Assembly: GCA_018060845.1 (NCBI GenBank)
Contig: JAGOVG010000002.1
Location: 96,213 to 160,212, forward strand
Direction: 5' to 3'
DNA length: 64,000 bases
Source: Candidatus Woesebacteria bacterium
GTDB lineage: Bacteria > Patescibacteriota > Microgenomatia > UBA1400 > UBA12108
Shown: positions 1-10,274 of the stretch, piece after piece
Numbering within the stretch: the first letter of the stretch is position 1
How the letters are laid out: every line of letters starts with the position of its first letter
Notes under the pieces: model-generated
Told to the model about the DNA's origin: nothing
Database searches by the model: none
The model's input: only the letters and a program-made list of their open reading frames with translations
Made by a program: the position numbers and the translations under genes

Positions 1-98
1 TCTCGCTCAGGTCGCCTAACTAGCGCGTATCTGGTTCACTTCGTTGTACTCGTTCTCCCATATTGCTCGCACGGTTAGGGTATAATTCATACTAGGAT

Positions 99-545
99 AT
101 GAAAATCTCACATACAAGCGTGAGGTTCGATATAACTGATTTATTAAATATCCTAAATGACAATCACATATATATGAGAATCTACGTAACTCACTCCACG
201 AGTTTCGATTACATAAAGGAGCTTTATCTTCCGATTCGCCAAAGTGATCTAAATAGTCAGCATGACTTCATACTTCCTCACGAATCTAGTAATGAGCCCT
301 ACGATTCCAACTCATTATTCACTACAGTGCAAGTCGATTTGGTTGTCGCCGAAGTTTCGTACCCATCGACAGGTATGGGTATCGAAATAGGCTGGGCGGA
401 TAGTTGCGGCATTCCCATTGTTTGCGTACATCGATCAGCCTCCAAACCATCGGGCTCATTGAAGGTGGTTACGGACAATATAGTTGGGTACTCATCAAAT
501 AAGGAATTGATTAGTGTAATAGAGGTCTACATCCGTAATCTGTAA
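99..545 (+). CDS. nucleoside 2-deoxyribosyltransferase-like protein (nucleoside salvage)
   Basis: 148-aa ORF. The C-terminal segment VDLVVAEVSYPSTGMGIEIGWADSCGIPIV resembles the conserved Rossmann-like core of the nucleoside 2-deoxyribosyltransferase family. Confidence 0.4.
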   Translation: MKISHTSVRFDITDLLNILNDNHIYMRIYVTHSTSFDYIKELYLPIRQSDLNSQHDFILPHESSNEPYDSNSLFTTVQVDLVVAEVSYPSTGMGIEIGWADSCGIPIVCVHRSASKPSGSLKVVTDNIVGYSSNKELISVIEVYIRNL

Positions 546-586
546 GTGTTTATAATACAATCTCAGTTGCTGTATACTACCTCTAT

Positions 587-943
587 ATGCAGAACAAAAT
601 CATCGCATTTTCGCATGCTATCCGTGGGGTAAAAACAGCGCTCATTACCCAGCCTAATGTCCGCATACATCTAATTATCGCAGTTATGGTCAGTCTCTTT
701 GGTTACTTTCTTGGCCTAAGTACCGAAGAACTAATCGAAATAATCCTCCTAGTCGGCCTCGTCTTAGTAGCTGAAATGATCAATACTTCAATTGAGTTTG
801 CCTGTAACGCCATAACAACAGAGATCCATCCAGATATCAAAAAAGCCAAAGATGTGGCCGCAGGTTCAGTGCTAGTTGTCTCAATTCTAGCGATTATAAT
901 CGGCGCTGTAATATTTATCCCAAAAATACTTGCCCTTACCTAA
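587..943 (+). CDS. dgkA: DgkA-family lipid kinase (diacylglycerol/undecaprenol kinase)
   Basis: 118-aa protein with 3 TM segments. The motif AEMINTSIEFACNAI matches the DgkA-family (E)LxNTAIExxVD region. It lies directly upstream of mraY. Confidence 0.65.
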   Translation: MQNKIIAFSHAIRGVKTALITQPNVRIHLIIAVMVSLFGYFLGLSTEELIEIILLVGLVLVAEMINTSIEFACNAITTEIHPDIKKAKDVAAGSVLVVSILAIIIGAVIFIPKILALT

Positions 944-946
944 TAT

Positions 947-1975
947 ATGAATACACTCCTCGGTTTTTTACTCTTTAGCTTTACCATCAATGCCGCTCTC
1001 ATTGTCCCATTTATCAATATTCTCTACACCCTCAAGTTCCAGAGGCCTAGCCAAAAGACATCCGACTTTATGGGTGCGATCAATAGTGTCTACAACAAAC
1101 TCCACAAAAAGAAAGCCGGCGTCCCAGTTGGCGGCGGCCTCTTAATCATCGTCACGACCAGTCTCCTCTATATCTTAGTTACCGGCATGCTCAAGTTAGT
1201 TGGTGCTCCCATGGGTAGCGTGTATCCTATGCAGCAAGAGGTCAACATAATCTTTGCAACTTTTATCCTCTTTGGTTTGCTCGGTCTCTATGACGACGTT
1301 ATGAAGTTCTTTGGCAAGAACTCCGGGCTCGTCGGGATCAGCATGAAAGCCAAGCTGGCGATCCAGGTGTTCCTAGCCTTAGGTATTAGTTATTACCTCT
1401 ACAGCATCATGGGTATTAGTATTATCAACATCCCTTATCTCGGAGTCTGGAATCTCGGATGGTTCTTTGTTCCTTTTGCTTCATTTATCATCGTCGCCTT
1501 TAGTAATGCCGTAAATATCACCGATGGCCTAGATGGTTTGGCACCCGGTCTACTCATGATCACGCTTTTTGCGCTCACTCTAATCGCTGCCTCGATCCTC
1601 GATACTCCCATTGCTCTATTTCTAGCTCTCTGGCTGGGCGGCCTCATCGCTTTCTTGTACTTTAATACCTATCCCGCGCGTATTCACCTAGGTGATGTTG
1701 GAGCCCTATCTTTTGGGGCAACACTCGCGGTTATTGCACTACTTCTTGGTAAAGTAGTGGCTGTTGTAGTGATCAGCGGTGTCTTTATCTTAGAGATAGC
1801 AACCTCTAGCATCCAGATGTTTGGCAAACGATATCTAGGTCGAAGACTCTTGCCTATCTCTCCATTCCATCTCTGGCTCCAGCTCATCGGCTGGGAAGAG
1901 CCTAAGATCGTCGCTCGTAGCTGGCTAGCTGGCATTATACTGGCCCTATTTGGTCTTTGGTTGGCCTTTATTTAG
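947..1975 (+). CDS. mraY: phospho-N-acetylmuramoyl-pentapeptide transferase MraY
   Basis: 342-aa polytopic membrane protein. It carries the NAVNITDGLDGLA motif of the MraY/WecA family. dcw-cluster context. Confidence 0.9.
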   Translation: MNTLLGFLLFSFTINAALIVPFINILYTLKFQRPSQKTSDFMGAINSVYNKLHKKKAGVPVGGGLLIIVTTSLLYILVTGMLKLVGAPMGSVYPMQQEVNIIFATFILFGLLGLYDDVMKFFGKNSGLVGISMKAKLAIQVFLALGISYYLYSIMGISIINIPYLGVWNLGWFFVPFASFIIVAFSNAVNITDGLDGLAPGLLMITLFALTLIAASILDTPIALFLALWLGGLIAFLYFNTYPARIHLGDVGALSFGATLAVIALLLGKVVAVVVISGVFILEIATSSIQMFGKRYLGRRLLPISPFHLWLQLIGWEEPKIVARSWLAGIILALFGLWLAFI

Positions 1976-1977
1976 TT

Positions 1978-2697
1978 ATGTTAAAGAGTCCTCTAATTGT
2001 TTTTGATTCTGGTATTGGTGGCTTTTCTATTCTCAAAGAACTACTTCAGTACGATGTCCCGATCCTCTATTATGCCGACCAAGCGCACTTCCCCTACGGT
2101 GACAAATCCATTGATTACTTAAACAATCGCTTTGTCGAGCTGGCCAAGCTGTTTAAAAGCATGCAGCCTCTCGCCCTAGTTGTTGCCTGCAATAGCGGCA
2201 CCGTCACTGCGCTACCATATTTGAGATCTCAGTTATCTGTCCCCGTGTTTGGGGTCGAGCCAGTGACCAAGATGCTAAAGGATCACATAAACCCCGTTGT
2301 TTGGGGGACCAAAGTAACTACAAGTTCAGACGTTGCCAAAGAGCTCCGGCTCACGCATGGTGAGCACATCCGATACTACACACCCGTTGGTTTAGCTAGT
2401 GCGATAGAGCATGACGAAACAAATAAAATAAAGAGCATTCTAGACTCAGCCAAGGAAGAGTTAAATCAAATCGATGCCATCGGCTTGTCTTGCACCCACT
2501 ACCCACTAATCAAAGACATGATTCAAGCATATTTTCCGAGCGTCACGATCTACGACCCATCAAGTGCGGTTGCAGCACACGTCGCTCGTTCTCTAAAACT
2601 AAGCGCTCGCGCAGCGACTAAGCCGAGCCTAGTCGAGTACAACAGCAGCGCTAGCGTGCTAAGATTACAAGAGCTATCAAAGCGGTTTGGATTATGA
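1978..2697 (+). CDS. murI: glutamate racemase MurI
   Basis: VFDSGIGGFS and FPYGDKS motifs are typical of Asp/Glu racemases. The ATG at 1978 follows the mraY stop at 1975. The longer ORF from 1957 would overlap mraY. The murI stop overlaps the murD start (ATGA at 2694-2697). Confidence 0.8.
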   Translation: MLKSPLIVFDSGIGGFSILKELLQYDVPILYYADQAHFPYGDKSIDYLNNRFVELAKLFKSMQPLALVVACNSGTVTALPYLRSQLSVPVFGVEPVTKMLKDHINPVVWGTKVTTSSDVAKELRLTHGEHIRYYTPVGLASAIEHDETNKIKSILDSAKEELNQIDAIGLSCTHYPLIKDMIQAYFPSVTIYDPSSAVAAHVARSLKLSARAATKPSLVEYNSSASVLRLQELSKRFGL

Positions 2698-4016
2698 CAA
2701 TACACGAGTATTTAAAAGATAAAAAAATCCTAGTTTTTGGTATCGGCCGCCAGGGTGGCGGGTTAGGTGATGCCAACTACTTAGCAAGCCACGGCTACAC
2801 AGTCCGCGCAACAGACACAAAATCCATGACCGACCTAGGCTACACCGAGGCAGACTTTGATCCAAATCTAACATTGACTCTCGGAGAGCACAAAGAAGAG
2901 GATATCGATTGGGCTGATCTTGTCATCCAGAACCCCGCTGTCCCAGACGATCACCCACTCTTAGCTCGTGCCAAGTCCCGTGGGGTAGAGATCGCGACCT
3001 CTATCGCCCTATTTGTTAAATATGCTAGTGTCAAAACCATTGGTATCACCGGCACCCGCGGCAAAACTACCACCACTACCTTGATCCACCAGATCTTGGA
3101 GGGTGATAACCCCGGGTCTACCGTCCTCGGTGGCAATATCCCAGGTACCTCAGGATTCATGCTTTTTGATCAGAGCGTAGGTAAAGAGTATGCAGTCCTC
3201 GAGCTCTCTTCATTTCAGCTCCACTCATTCCACGATTTGCAGGTCTCACCAATGTATTCTGTCGTGACCAACCTATATCCTGATCATCTCAATCGCTACG
3301 CTGACATGGACTCTTATGCAGCAGACAAAACAGCAATAGTTAAGTATCAAAAAGAGCCAGGTTTTACTGTGTTCAACCAAGACAACGAGGGCAGTGTCCT
3401 AATATCTAATCACTCGCCTGTTACCAAATATCCATTTACTTCTACACTAGCGACTAACTATCCAACCTCTCTGATGGGCGATCACAGCCAGAGTAATATT
3501 GCAGCAGCAGTAATGCTATGTACAAAACTGGCTGTCAATGATGAGGTGATTAGGAGTGCAGTCACAGAATTTAAAGGTGTCCCATATCGACTCGAGTTAG
3601 TGCGAACGATTGGTGATATCAATTTTGTTAACGATACCACAGCGACCACTCCAGTAGCCGCGGTCATTGCACTTCGCGCCATAAAGGGAGATATTATCTT
3701 GATCTGCGGGGGAGAGAGTAAAAAACTTCCTCATTTAGAATTTGTTGATGAGATCATAAATAATGATCATGTGAAAAAGGTAATATTCTTGGGTAGCCAC
3801 AATATCTCTGAGTTTACCGAGGCGATTGCTAGTGGCGCTCCCGCGAAGATAGCAGGCCAAGTCGACTCGATGGCAGAGGCTGTCACACTAGCTAGATCGC
3901 TTAGCGTCGCAGGGGACACGGTCCTACTATCCCCTGGTTTTGCCTCCTTTGATCTCTTCAAAAACGAGTTCGATCGAGGTGACCAGTTTAATGACCAGGT
4001 GCGTGCTCTGTCATAA
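2694..4016 (+). CDS. murD: UDP-N-acetylmuramoylalanine--D-glutamate ligase MurD
   Basis: 440 aa with the Mur-ligase P-loop GITGTRGKTTTT. Its position between mraY/murI and ftsW is the canonical murD slot. Confidence 0.85.
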   Translation: MTIHEYLKDKKILVFGIGRQGGGLGDANYLASHGYTVRATDTKSMTDLGYTEADFDPNLTLTLGEHKEEDIDWADLVIQNPAVPDDHPLLARAKSRGVEIATSIALFVKYASVKTIGITGTRGKTTTTTLIHQILEGDNPGSTVLGGNIPGTSGFMLFDQSVGKEYAVLELSSFQLHSFHDLQVSPMYSVVTNLYPDHLNRYADMDSYAADKTAIVKYQKEPGFTVFNQDNEGSVLISNHSPVTKYPFTSTLATNYPTSLMGDHSQSNIAAAVMLCTKLAVNDEVIRSAVTEFKGVPYRLELVRTIGDINFVNDTTATTPVAAVIALRAIKGDIILICGGESKKLPHLEFVDEIINNDHVKKVIFLGSHNISEFTEAIASGAPAKIAGQVDSMAEAVTLARSLSVAGDTVLLSPGFASFDLFKNEFDRGDQFNDQVRALS

Positions 4017-4043
4017 CCAGTCTGTGTCATATATCATGAGTTT

Positions 4044-5132
4044 ATGAAGCTTGCTCGCCCGCTTAGTATTTCTTTATCCTCGCAAATAATAATCACCACT
4101 TTAGTGCTCCTCGCTTTTGGACTGGTTATGATTGGTAGTGCCAGTGTTGCCGAGGGTGCGCGTGATTTTGGAAACAAGTGGCACTTTGTCCTCCTTCAGC
4201 TCAAGTGGGCAGCAGCCGGGGGAGTCCTCTCGTTCGTCATTTCTCGCATCCACCCAGGGTTATGGCAAAAACTCGCAGTCCCTATCCTCGGTGTTGGCGT
4301 CCTACTCTTATTCCTCGTCATCATCCCTGGGATCGGCACCAAGGTGCTGGGTGCCAGACGTTGGCTGGTGCTCCCTGGCATCGTACTGCAGCCATCAGAG
4401 CTAATTAAGCTAGTTCAGGTGATCTATCTCTCGGCCTGGATGACAAGTCGAAGGGTCACTTTGACTCAGTTCATGGCTTACACCGGACTAATCGCTGGGT
4501 TAATCATGCTCCAGCCGGATCTAGGGACGACTCTTGTCGTTAGTGGTCTCGCGATCTCACTCTATTTTATAACTGGCTATCCCGTGAAGCAGCTTATGAC
4601 GATAGTGGGTGTAGCTGTAGTCGCTGTCATTATGTTTATTGGTAGTAGTAGCTACAGGATAGACCGCGTCAAAACCTTCCTCGATCCGACCCACGATCCA
4701 CTCGGTAGCTCTTACCACATTAGACAGGTTATCTTAGCTCTTGGCTCAGGCGGGGTGACCGGTGTCGGGATCGGGCGGTCTCGTCAAAAATATGAGTATT
4801 TGCCAGAGAGTACAACCGACAGCATTATTGCGGTGGCTGGTGAGGAGCTAGGCTTTGTTGGTATTAGTCTCGTCATGATTACATTTATTTATTTAATCAG
4901 TCGGATCTTCAAAGTCGCAGCGATGTGTAAGCATCCCTTTAACTCAGCACTCTCTGCCGGAGTCGGGAGCTGGATCAGCCTGCAGGTAGTCCTCAACCTG
5001 GCAGCTATGGTGGCGCTCACTCCACTGACCGGCGTCCCACTCCCACTAGTCTCATATGGCGGCTCGGCTCTCATGACTATCCTTATGGGTCTAGGTTTGG
5101 TGATTGCAGTCGCCCGAGTCGAAAAAGTTTAG
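4044..5132 (+). CDS. ftsW: SEDS-family peptidoglycan glycosyltransferase FtsW
   Basis: 362-aa protein with about 10 TM segments. FtsW/RodA-family motifs are present (LQPDLGT, PESTTDSI). It sits in the dcw position between murD and murG. Confidence 0.8.
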   Translation: MKLARPLSISLSSQIIITTLVLLAFGLVMIGSASVAEGARDFGNKWHFVLLQLKWAAAGGVLSFVISRIHPGLWQKLAVPILGVGVLLLFLVIIPGIGTKVLGARRWLVLPGIVLQPSELIKLVQVIYLSAWMTSRRVTLTQFMAYTGLIAGLIMLQPDLGTTLVVSGLAISLYFITGYPVKQLMTIVGVAVVAVIMFIGSSSYRIDRVKTFLDPTHDPLGSSYHIRQVILALGSGGVTGVGIGRSRQKYEYLPESTTDSIIAVAGEELGFVGISLVMITFIYLISRIFKVAAMCKHPFNSALSAGVGSWISLQVVLNLAAMVALTPLTGVPLPLVSYGGSALMTILMGLGLVIAVARVEKV

Positions 5133-5166
5133 TTAATCATTACTCTTATTGGTATATCATTAGACT

Positions 5167-6228
5167 ATGCAGAGTTTTGTCTTTACCGGTGGTCACCACA
5201 ATAGTGCTCTAGTTTTAGCTCAGTACATGGCTAAGAATGGTCACACTGTTTATTGGTATGGACACAAAAGAAGTAGTAGGGGAGACCTAAATGACTCAGC
5301 AGAGTATCAAGAGGTAACAGCTAGTCAGATTAGTTTTTTTGACCTGCCAGCCGGACGCGCCACGCTAAGTTTGACCGAACTACTCAAGATCCCCGTTGGG
5401 TTCATGCATGCTCTCAAGCTCTTAAGACTTCACAATCCAAGCGCAGTCATTTCTTTTGGCGGCTACTTGGGGGCTACGACTGCGCTTGCTGCCGCACTAC
5501 TAGGTATTCCTGTATTTCTGCATGAGCAAACAGTTGTGGCAGGCAAAGCAAATCGGCTGATTGGCATGATTGCGCGCCGCGTTTATCTAACCTGGGATAG
5601 TTCGCGTCAGTTTTTTCCAGTCAAAAAAACGCGCTTAGTCGGCCTACCACTGCGCACGAGTATTTTGGAAGCAAAAGTTAAAAAATTCTTTAGTCGCAAA
5701 CGCCCCACACTCTTAGTTATGGGTGGCAAACAGGGTGCTCATGTTATTAATACATTTATCTTTAATAATCTCGCAGGACTCCTCCACCACTTTAATATCC
5801 TTCACCAAACAGGCACAAGTAGCGAGACAAATGATTTAGACTATGCGACCACTCTACAAAAAAGCTTAGACTCTCTCTCAGACTGCTACCTACCTGTCGG
5901 CTATATCAAAGAAGATGAGATCGGGACCTACTTAAAGAGTGCAGATTACTATCTAGGTCGCTCTGGCGCGCATATTATCTACGAACTAATGCTTATGGAG
6001 CTTAGATCTGTCTTAGTCCCTCTACCCAACACTCATAAGTCGGAGCAGCTCAAAAATGCAGAGGAGTTAGTCGCGCTTAAACAGGCGATTATAATCAATC
6101 AGACAGAACTAGAGTTAAACAAAGTTCTCGCTGGAGTCGATAGCATAGCAAAAGCAACCCCTATCAAATCTAACCTGCCGAGTGATGCGACAAAAAGGAT
6201 CTATGATGATATCCAATCCTGCCTCTAA
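5167..6228 (+). CDS. murG: undecaprenyl-PP-MurNAc-pentapeptide-UDPGlcNAc GlcNAc transferase MurG
   Basis: 353-aa GT28-like protein with N-terminal FTGGHHNSAL and GGYLGATTALAA. It occupies the dcw position after ftsW. Confidence 0.8.
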   Translation: MQSFVFTGGHHNSALVLAQYMAKNGHTVYWYGHKRSSRGDLNDSAEYQEVTASQISFFDLPAGRATLSLTELLKIPVGFMHALKLLRLHNPSAVISFGGYLGATTALAAALLGIPVFLHEQTVVAGKANRLIGMIARRVYLTWDSSRQFFPVKKTRLVGLPLRTSILEAKVKKFFSRKRPTLLVMGGKQGAHVINTFIFNNLAGLLHHFNILHQTGTSSETNDLDYATTLQKSLDSLSDCYLPVGYIKEDEIGTYLKSADYYLGRSGAHIIYELMLMELRSVLVPLPNTHKSEQLKNAEELVALKQAIIINQTELELNKVLAGVDSIAKATPIKSNLPSDATKRIYDDIQSCL

Positions 6229-6955
6229 GTACTTTGTCGCAACCAGCCAGTACTTGCTACCTACTGCTGTAATAGCTCTCTCAATAGCAACCCTCTATTT
6301 AACTTTCTTTTCGAGCTTTTTTAAGGTCACAAAAATAGATTGTTATCAGGATGTGGGTGAGCCGTGTCAAAACGGATTTTTACTCAAAGACCAGGATCGC
6401 TTTATAGGCAAAAACATCTTTTTATTAGATACAGCACAGGAGGTAGCTAGACTCAAAAAAGGCGATCCCACGATTAGGTCTATCGACTATACTAAGACAT
6501 TGCCCGGTCAGCTCACCCTCCAGATCCAGTCAGTCTACCCCACGCTCGCGCTCGGCACCCTAGGTAGTGATAATTTGCTTATCCTTGACTCTGATTATCG
6601 TTTGATTAAGTCGAGTCAGGTATCATTCAATGTTCCAGTAATCAGTTATGACAAGGAATTGACTATAAGGGTGGGTGAGAGGATCGAGAACGAAGAGTTA
6701 AGAGCGCTCTTAAACGCTTGTTTAAAAATAGCGACAAAGGTTACTGGTACTACTACTTTTAGTCTCAAAGACAAAAGTATTACGGCCGACCTACCGCCGG
6801 GTGGTACTCAGGCACTATTCACAATTACTCGTGATCTGGATGAGCAATTGTCTGCCTTGCACACCATCCGTGAGGGAGTTACAATTTCACCTAGTGGCAC
6901 AGTGATCGACGTTAGATATCTCCAACCGATCATTAAAGACAGTAGTAGTCTATAA
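6203..6955 (+). CDS. ftsQ: FtsQ/DivIB-like cell division protein (N-terminal TM plus POTRA-like region)
   Basis: It has a single N-terminal TM helix followed by a periplasmic domain and lies immediately upstream of ftsA. The start is uncertain because the ORF overlaps the murG 3' end. Confidence 0.5.
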   Translation: MMISNPASKYFVATSQYLLPTAVIALSIATLYLTFFSSFFKVTKIDCYQDVGEPCQNGFLLKDQDRFIGKNIFLLDTAQEVARLKKGDPTIRSIDYTKTLPGQLTLQIQSVYPTLALGTLGSDNLLILDSDYRLIKSSQVSFNVPVISYDKELTIRVGERIENEELRALLNACLKIATKVTGTTTFSLKDKSITADLPPGGTQALFTITRDLDEQLSALHTIREGVTISPSGTVIDVRYLQPIIKDSSSL

Positions 6956-6967
6956 TGGGATTAAGAT

Positions 6968-8260
6968 ATGAAAAATTCAAAGGTCTATTGTGGTCTTGAT
7001 GTTGGGAGTTCTAAGGTAACTTGTCTCATTGCAACCAGAGGTGACGGCGATACAGCGCTACGTGTAGTAGGTGTCGCAAGTGTTGCGAGTAAGGGTGTTC
7101 GCAAGAGCCAGATAGTCGATATCGAAGAGACCATAGATGCAGCAACTAGTGCAGTCGAGATGGCCGAGCGTATGGCAGGATTTTCGATCAAGAGTGCATC
7201 AGTTTCGATCTCTGGTATCCACATCGAATCACAAAATAGTAAAGGCCTAGTTGCAGTCCAAAATCCTGATGGCGAGATAGCTCGTAGCGATGTAGCACGA
7301 GTGGTTGAGGCAGCAAAAGCCGTCCCCCTCGAGAACTCGAGAGAGATCCTCCATGTTATCCCACGCTACTACCTCGTCGACAATCAGGAGGGGATCAGGG
7401 ATCCAGTCGGTATGTCAGGCGTTAGGTTAGAAGCAGAGGCACACTTGGTAACAGGTAGCTCAGTTAATACCAAAAACTTGACCAAAGTAATGAGTGAAAT
7501 AGGACTAGACTCAGAAGCTGTGACATTTGGCGGCTATGCCTCCGCTGTTGCAACAGTCACCGACACCGAGCGTGAGCTAGGGGTCGTCTCAATCGATATT
7601 GGCGGCGGTACTACCTCAGTCTGCGTATATGTAGACGGTGCACTCACTCACTCCGCAGTCATCCCAGTCGGCGCCAAAAATATTACCAACGACATCGCCA
7701 TAGGTCTAAGAGTGAGTCTCGATACAGCCGAAGCAATTAAGCGCAATTTAGAGCCAGATGGAGTAGCTAGTAAAGTGCTAGATCCAAAAAATCCTCAGAG
7801 TAAAAAACAAGCAGACGAGATAGATCTCCACAAACTAGGGTTAAAAGACGCGCCAAGAAAAATTTCCAGAAAAGCCGTGGTCGAGGGGATTATCCGCCCT
7901 CGCATGAACGAACTTTTTGAACTAATCAAAGGTGAGCTAATCAAGGCATCAGTTGGTGGCAAAACTCCAGCTGGTATCGTCTTAACGGGCGGTGGCTCAC
8001 TAACCTACCAGATCACAGACTCAGCCAAAAGGATACTTGGCATGCAGGCACGCATTGCTACTCCTACAGGTCTGACTGGTCTAGTAGACGAAGTAACAAC
8101 CCCAGAATACTCAACAGTCACAGGTCTGATACTGCTCTCTTCCAAAGATAACGAATATCAAAACTCTCCCAGTTTCTCCATGCCCAAATTCAATTTAAAA
8201 ATCAAAAACCCATTTGGTGGCGGATCATTCCTTGACTTTATCAAGTCATTTTTACCCTGA
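6968..8260 (+). CDS. ftsA: cell division protein FtsA
   Basis: 430-aa actin-like ATPase. The phosphate-binding motifs CGLDVGSSKV and IDIGGGTTSV are present. It is directly followed by ftsZ. Confidence 0.85.
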   Translation: MKNSKVYCGLDVGSSKVTCLIATRGDGDTALRVVGVASVASKGVRKSQIVDIEETIDAATSAVEMAERMAGFSIKSASVSISGIHIESQNSKGLVAVQNPDGEIARSDVARVVEAAKAVPLENSREILHVIPRYYLVDNQEGIRDPVGMSGVRLEAEAHLVTGSSVNTKNLTKVMSEIGLDSEAVTFGGYASAVATVTDTERELGVVSIDIGGGTTSVCVYVDGALTHSAVIPVGAKNITNDIAIGLRVSLDTAEAIKRNLEPDGVASKVLDPKNPQSKKQADEIDLHKLGLKDAPRKISRKAVVEGIIRPRMNELFELIKGELIKASVGGKTPAGIVLTGGGSLTYQITDSAKRILGMQARIATPTGLTGLVDEVTTPEYSTVTGLILLSSKDNEYQNSPSFSMPKFNLKIKNPFGGGSFLDFIKSFLP

Positions 8261-8367
8261 GTATGCCGAAGGGTCTGCCGTAGTGTATACTAATATTTAT
8301 CCCTGCCCCTAGTTAAATCTTTCGATTTTCGATGATTCGAATTTCGAATTTATGGTATAAAGAAATT

Positions 8368-9486
8368 ATGGGACTAGTTAAACCAGACATAAATGCAGTT
8401 GCTAAGATTAAGGTCATTGGGATTGGTGGTGGTGGTAACAATGCGGTCGCATCGATGGTCACAACAGGCAAGATCAAAGGGGTCGAATTTGTAGCGGTTA
8501 ACACTGATGCTCAGGCGCTCCTAGCCTCTCCTGCTCCACTCAAACTCCAAATAGGCGAAAATCTGACCAAAGGCCTAGGTAGTGGAGCTGACCCTGATGT
8601 TGGTCGCCAAGCCGCCGAAGAATCCCGGGAAAAAATCAAAGAGCTCCTAGTCGATACAGACATGGTCTTTATTACAGCAGGCATGGGTGGCGGAACAGGC
8701 ACGGGTGGCGCAGCCATCATTGCCGAGCTAGCCAAAGAAGCGGGCGCACTAACTGTAGCGGTCGTAACCAAGCCGTTTAGTTTTGAAGGAATACGTCGGA
8801 TGAGTGTTGCCGAAGATGGTATTGAAGAACTCAAAGAAAAAGTCGATACGCTGATCGTTATCCCCAACCAAAAGCTCCTAGACGTTGTAGACAAAAAGAT
8901 GACTCTCCAAGAGGCCTTTAGGGTCGCCGACAGCGTGCTCGGCCAGGGTGTACAGGGTATTTCTGATCTAATTACTGTCTCAGGGCTTATCAACGTCGAC
9001 TTTGCTGACGTTCGAGCCATCATGACTGACGCAGGAACTGCTCTAATGGGAGTCGGTATTGGAACAGGCGAAAATAGAGCTCAGATGGCTGCGCGAACAG
9101 CTATTAGCTCACCTCTACTCGAAGTTAAGATTGATGGCGCTCGCGGCATTCTCTTTAATATCACCGGTGGCACTAGCTTGACCATGAGTGAGGTTAGCGA
9201 AGCAGCCGATATGATTAGTACTCACGCCGACCCAGATGCCAATATTATCTTTGGTGCAACCATTGATGAGAGTATGGGTGACCAGATTAAGATCAGTGTG
9301 ATAGCAACAGGCTTTGATAGTAGTCGGAGTGGTTTTGCAGCTCTTCAGTCCGCTGGCAACTCCGCTCGTATCCAGTACGACGATAGTAGTAGTGATGATA
9401 CGACCTCGCTTCCACCCAAGCCAACTACACCAACGAGCGACGACTCCGACCCTTTTGATATTCCCGCTTTCCTTAGGCAAAACTGA
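8368..9486 (+). CDS. ftsZ: cell division GTPase FtsZ
   Basis: Tubulin signature GGGTGTGAAPIIA is present, with the N-terminal motif [12 protein letters not shown]. The likely start is the internal ATG at 8368 (MGLVKPD). The ORF track starts at 8332. Confidence 0.9.
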   Translation: MGLVKPDINAVAKIKVIGIGGGGNNAVASMVTTGKIKGVEFVAVNTDAQALLASPAPLKLQIGENLTKGLGSGADPDVGRQAAEESREKIKELLVDTDMVFITAGMGGGTGTGGAAIIAELAKEAGALTVAVVTKPFSFEGIRRMSVAEDGIEELKEKVDTLIVIPNQKLLDVVDKKMTLQEAFRVADSVLGQGVQGISDLITVSGLINVDFADVRAIMTDAGTALMGVGIGTGENRAQMAARTAISSPLLEVKIDGARGILFNITGGTSLTMSEVSEAADMISTHADPDANIIFGATIDESMGDQIKISVIATGFDSSRSGFAALQSAGNSARIQYDDSSSDDTTSLPPKPTTPTSDDSDPFDIPAFLRQN

Positions 9487-9487
9487 C

Positions 9488-9754
9488 ATGATAATACCAG
9501 AATCTAAGCAAACCAAAGTCCAAGTCACTGCAATCCCAAACAGAATGCAAATATATGATTACCCTTTTGCGATAATGGGTGGGACAGGATTAGGATTAAT
9601 TATCACTGAAACCATAAAAACAGCACCTTTAATCAGTCTTGAAAATATTGCAGTTCCAGCAATTATGTTTATGGCAGGAATGGCATACCCAAAAATTTTC
9701 AGAAGTGGATTCAGAAATCGATTCCAGATAAGTTTTCGTTCTAGCAGAAGATGA
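9488..9754 (+). CDS. small hydrophobic protein (hypothetical), immediately downstream of ftsZ
   Basis: An ATG lies 2 nt after the ftsZ stop, in frame with track ORF 9314..9754. The product has two hydrophobic segments. A competing hydrophobic 82-aa ORF lies on the minus strand at 9559..9807. Only one is likely real. Confidence 0.25.
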   Translation: MIIPESKQTKVQVTAIPNRMQIYDYPFAIMGGTGLGLIITETIKTAPLISLENIAVPAIMFMAGMAYPKIFRSGFRNRFQISFRSSRR

Positions 9755-9909
9755 GATCCAAGTAGTAATCTAGCAGACAAAATATCTATAAGTTGCTGAT
9801 TACACATATTAAGAGTATGCTATAAGATATCCAAACACCTCAAAGTGAGTTACCTTCCAAAGCAAAAATTGAAACAGCAGAATTTGAATATTCAAGCTCT
9901 AAAAAATGG

Positions 9910-10125
9910 ATGAGTTGGCAGATTTTTGCATCAATACTAGTAACTGCATTGACGGGAATTTCAATAGATCATTGGTCGAGCGAAACAACTACTTCCTTAC
10001 TAATTTTTGATGCTTTTGTGCTTAGTTCTGATTTGTCTTCCTTATACTATTACTCAACGCGTAAAGCGGCTTTAGATGATATTAATGCTATTGGACGAGA
10101 ATATATGAAAACACATAGCAAGTAG
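9910..10125 (+). CDS. hypothetical small membrane protein (71 aa)
   Basis: ORF with one N-terminal TM segment in an AT-rich region. I found no recognisable domain. Confidence 0.3.
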   Translation: MSWQIFASILVTALTGISIDHWSSETTTSLLIFDAFVLSSDLSSLYYYSTRKAALDDINAIGREYMKTHSK

Positions 10126-10274
10126 CTAACTACTTTTATATTATAAGACTCTCCATTCTCCATCACACCCTACTCAACCTCATTTCGCACCAAAGCTTTA
10201 GATACATAGGCTCGTAGAGAAGATAAATGTTTATAATATTGCAAAATACACATAGTTTTTGTATACTATAAGGT

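Noticed and set aside
4132-4408. Overlapping ORFs inside ftsW on both strands
   Set aside because: These are alternative frames of a well-supported SEDS gene. Their translations are Ser/Pro/Arg-rich with no motifs.
9314-9487. 5' part of track ORF 9314..9754 overlapping the ftsZ 3' end
   Set aside because: It is out of frame within ftsZ. Only the portion from the ATG at 9488 is considered as a possible gene, and even that has low confidence.
8511-9528. Long minus-strand ORFs (8511..9023 and 9115..9528) antisense to ftsZ
   Set aside because: They lie entirely within the strongly supported ftsZ coding region in the opposite orientation. They have low-complexity Ser/Ala/Pro-rich translations typical of antisense frames of GC-richer genes.
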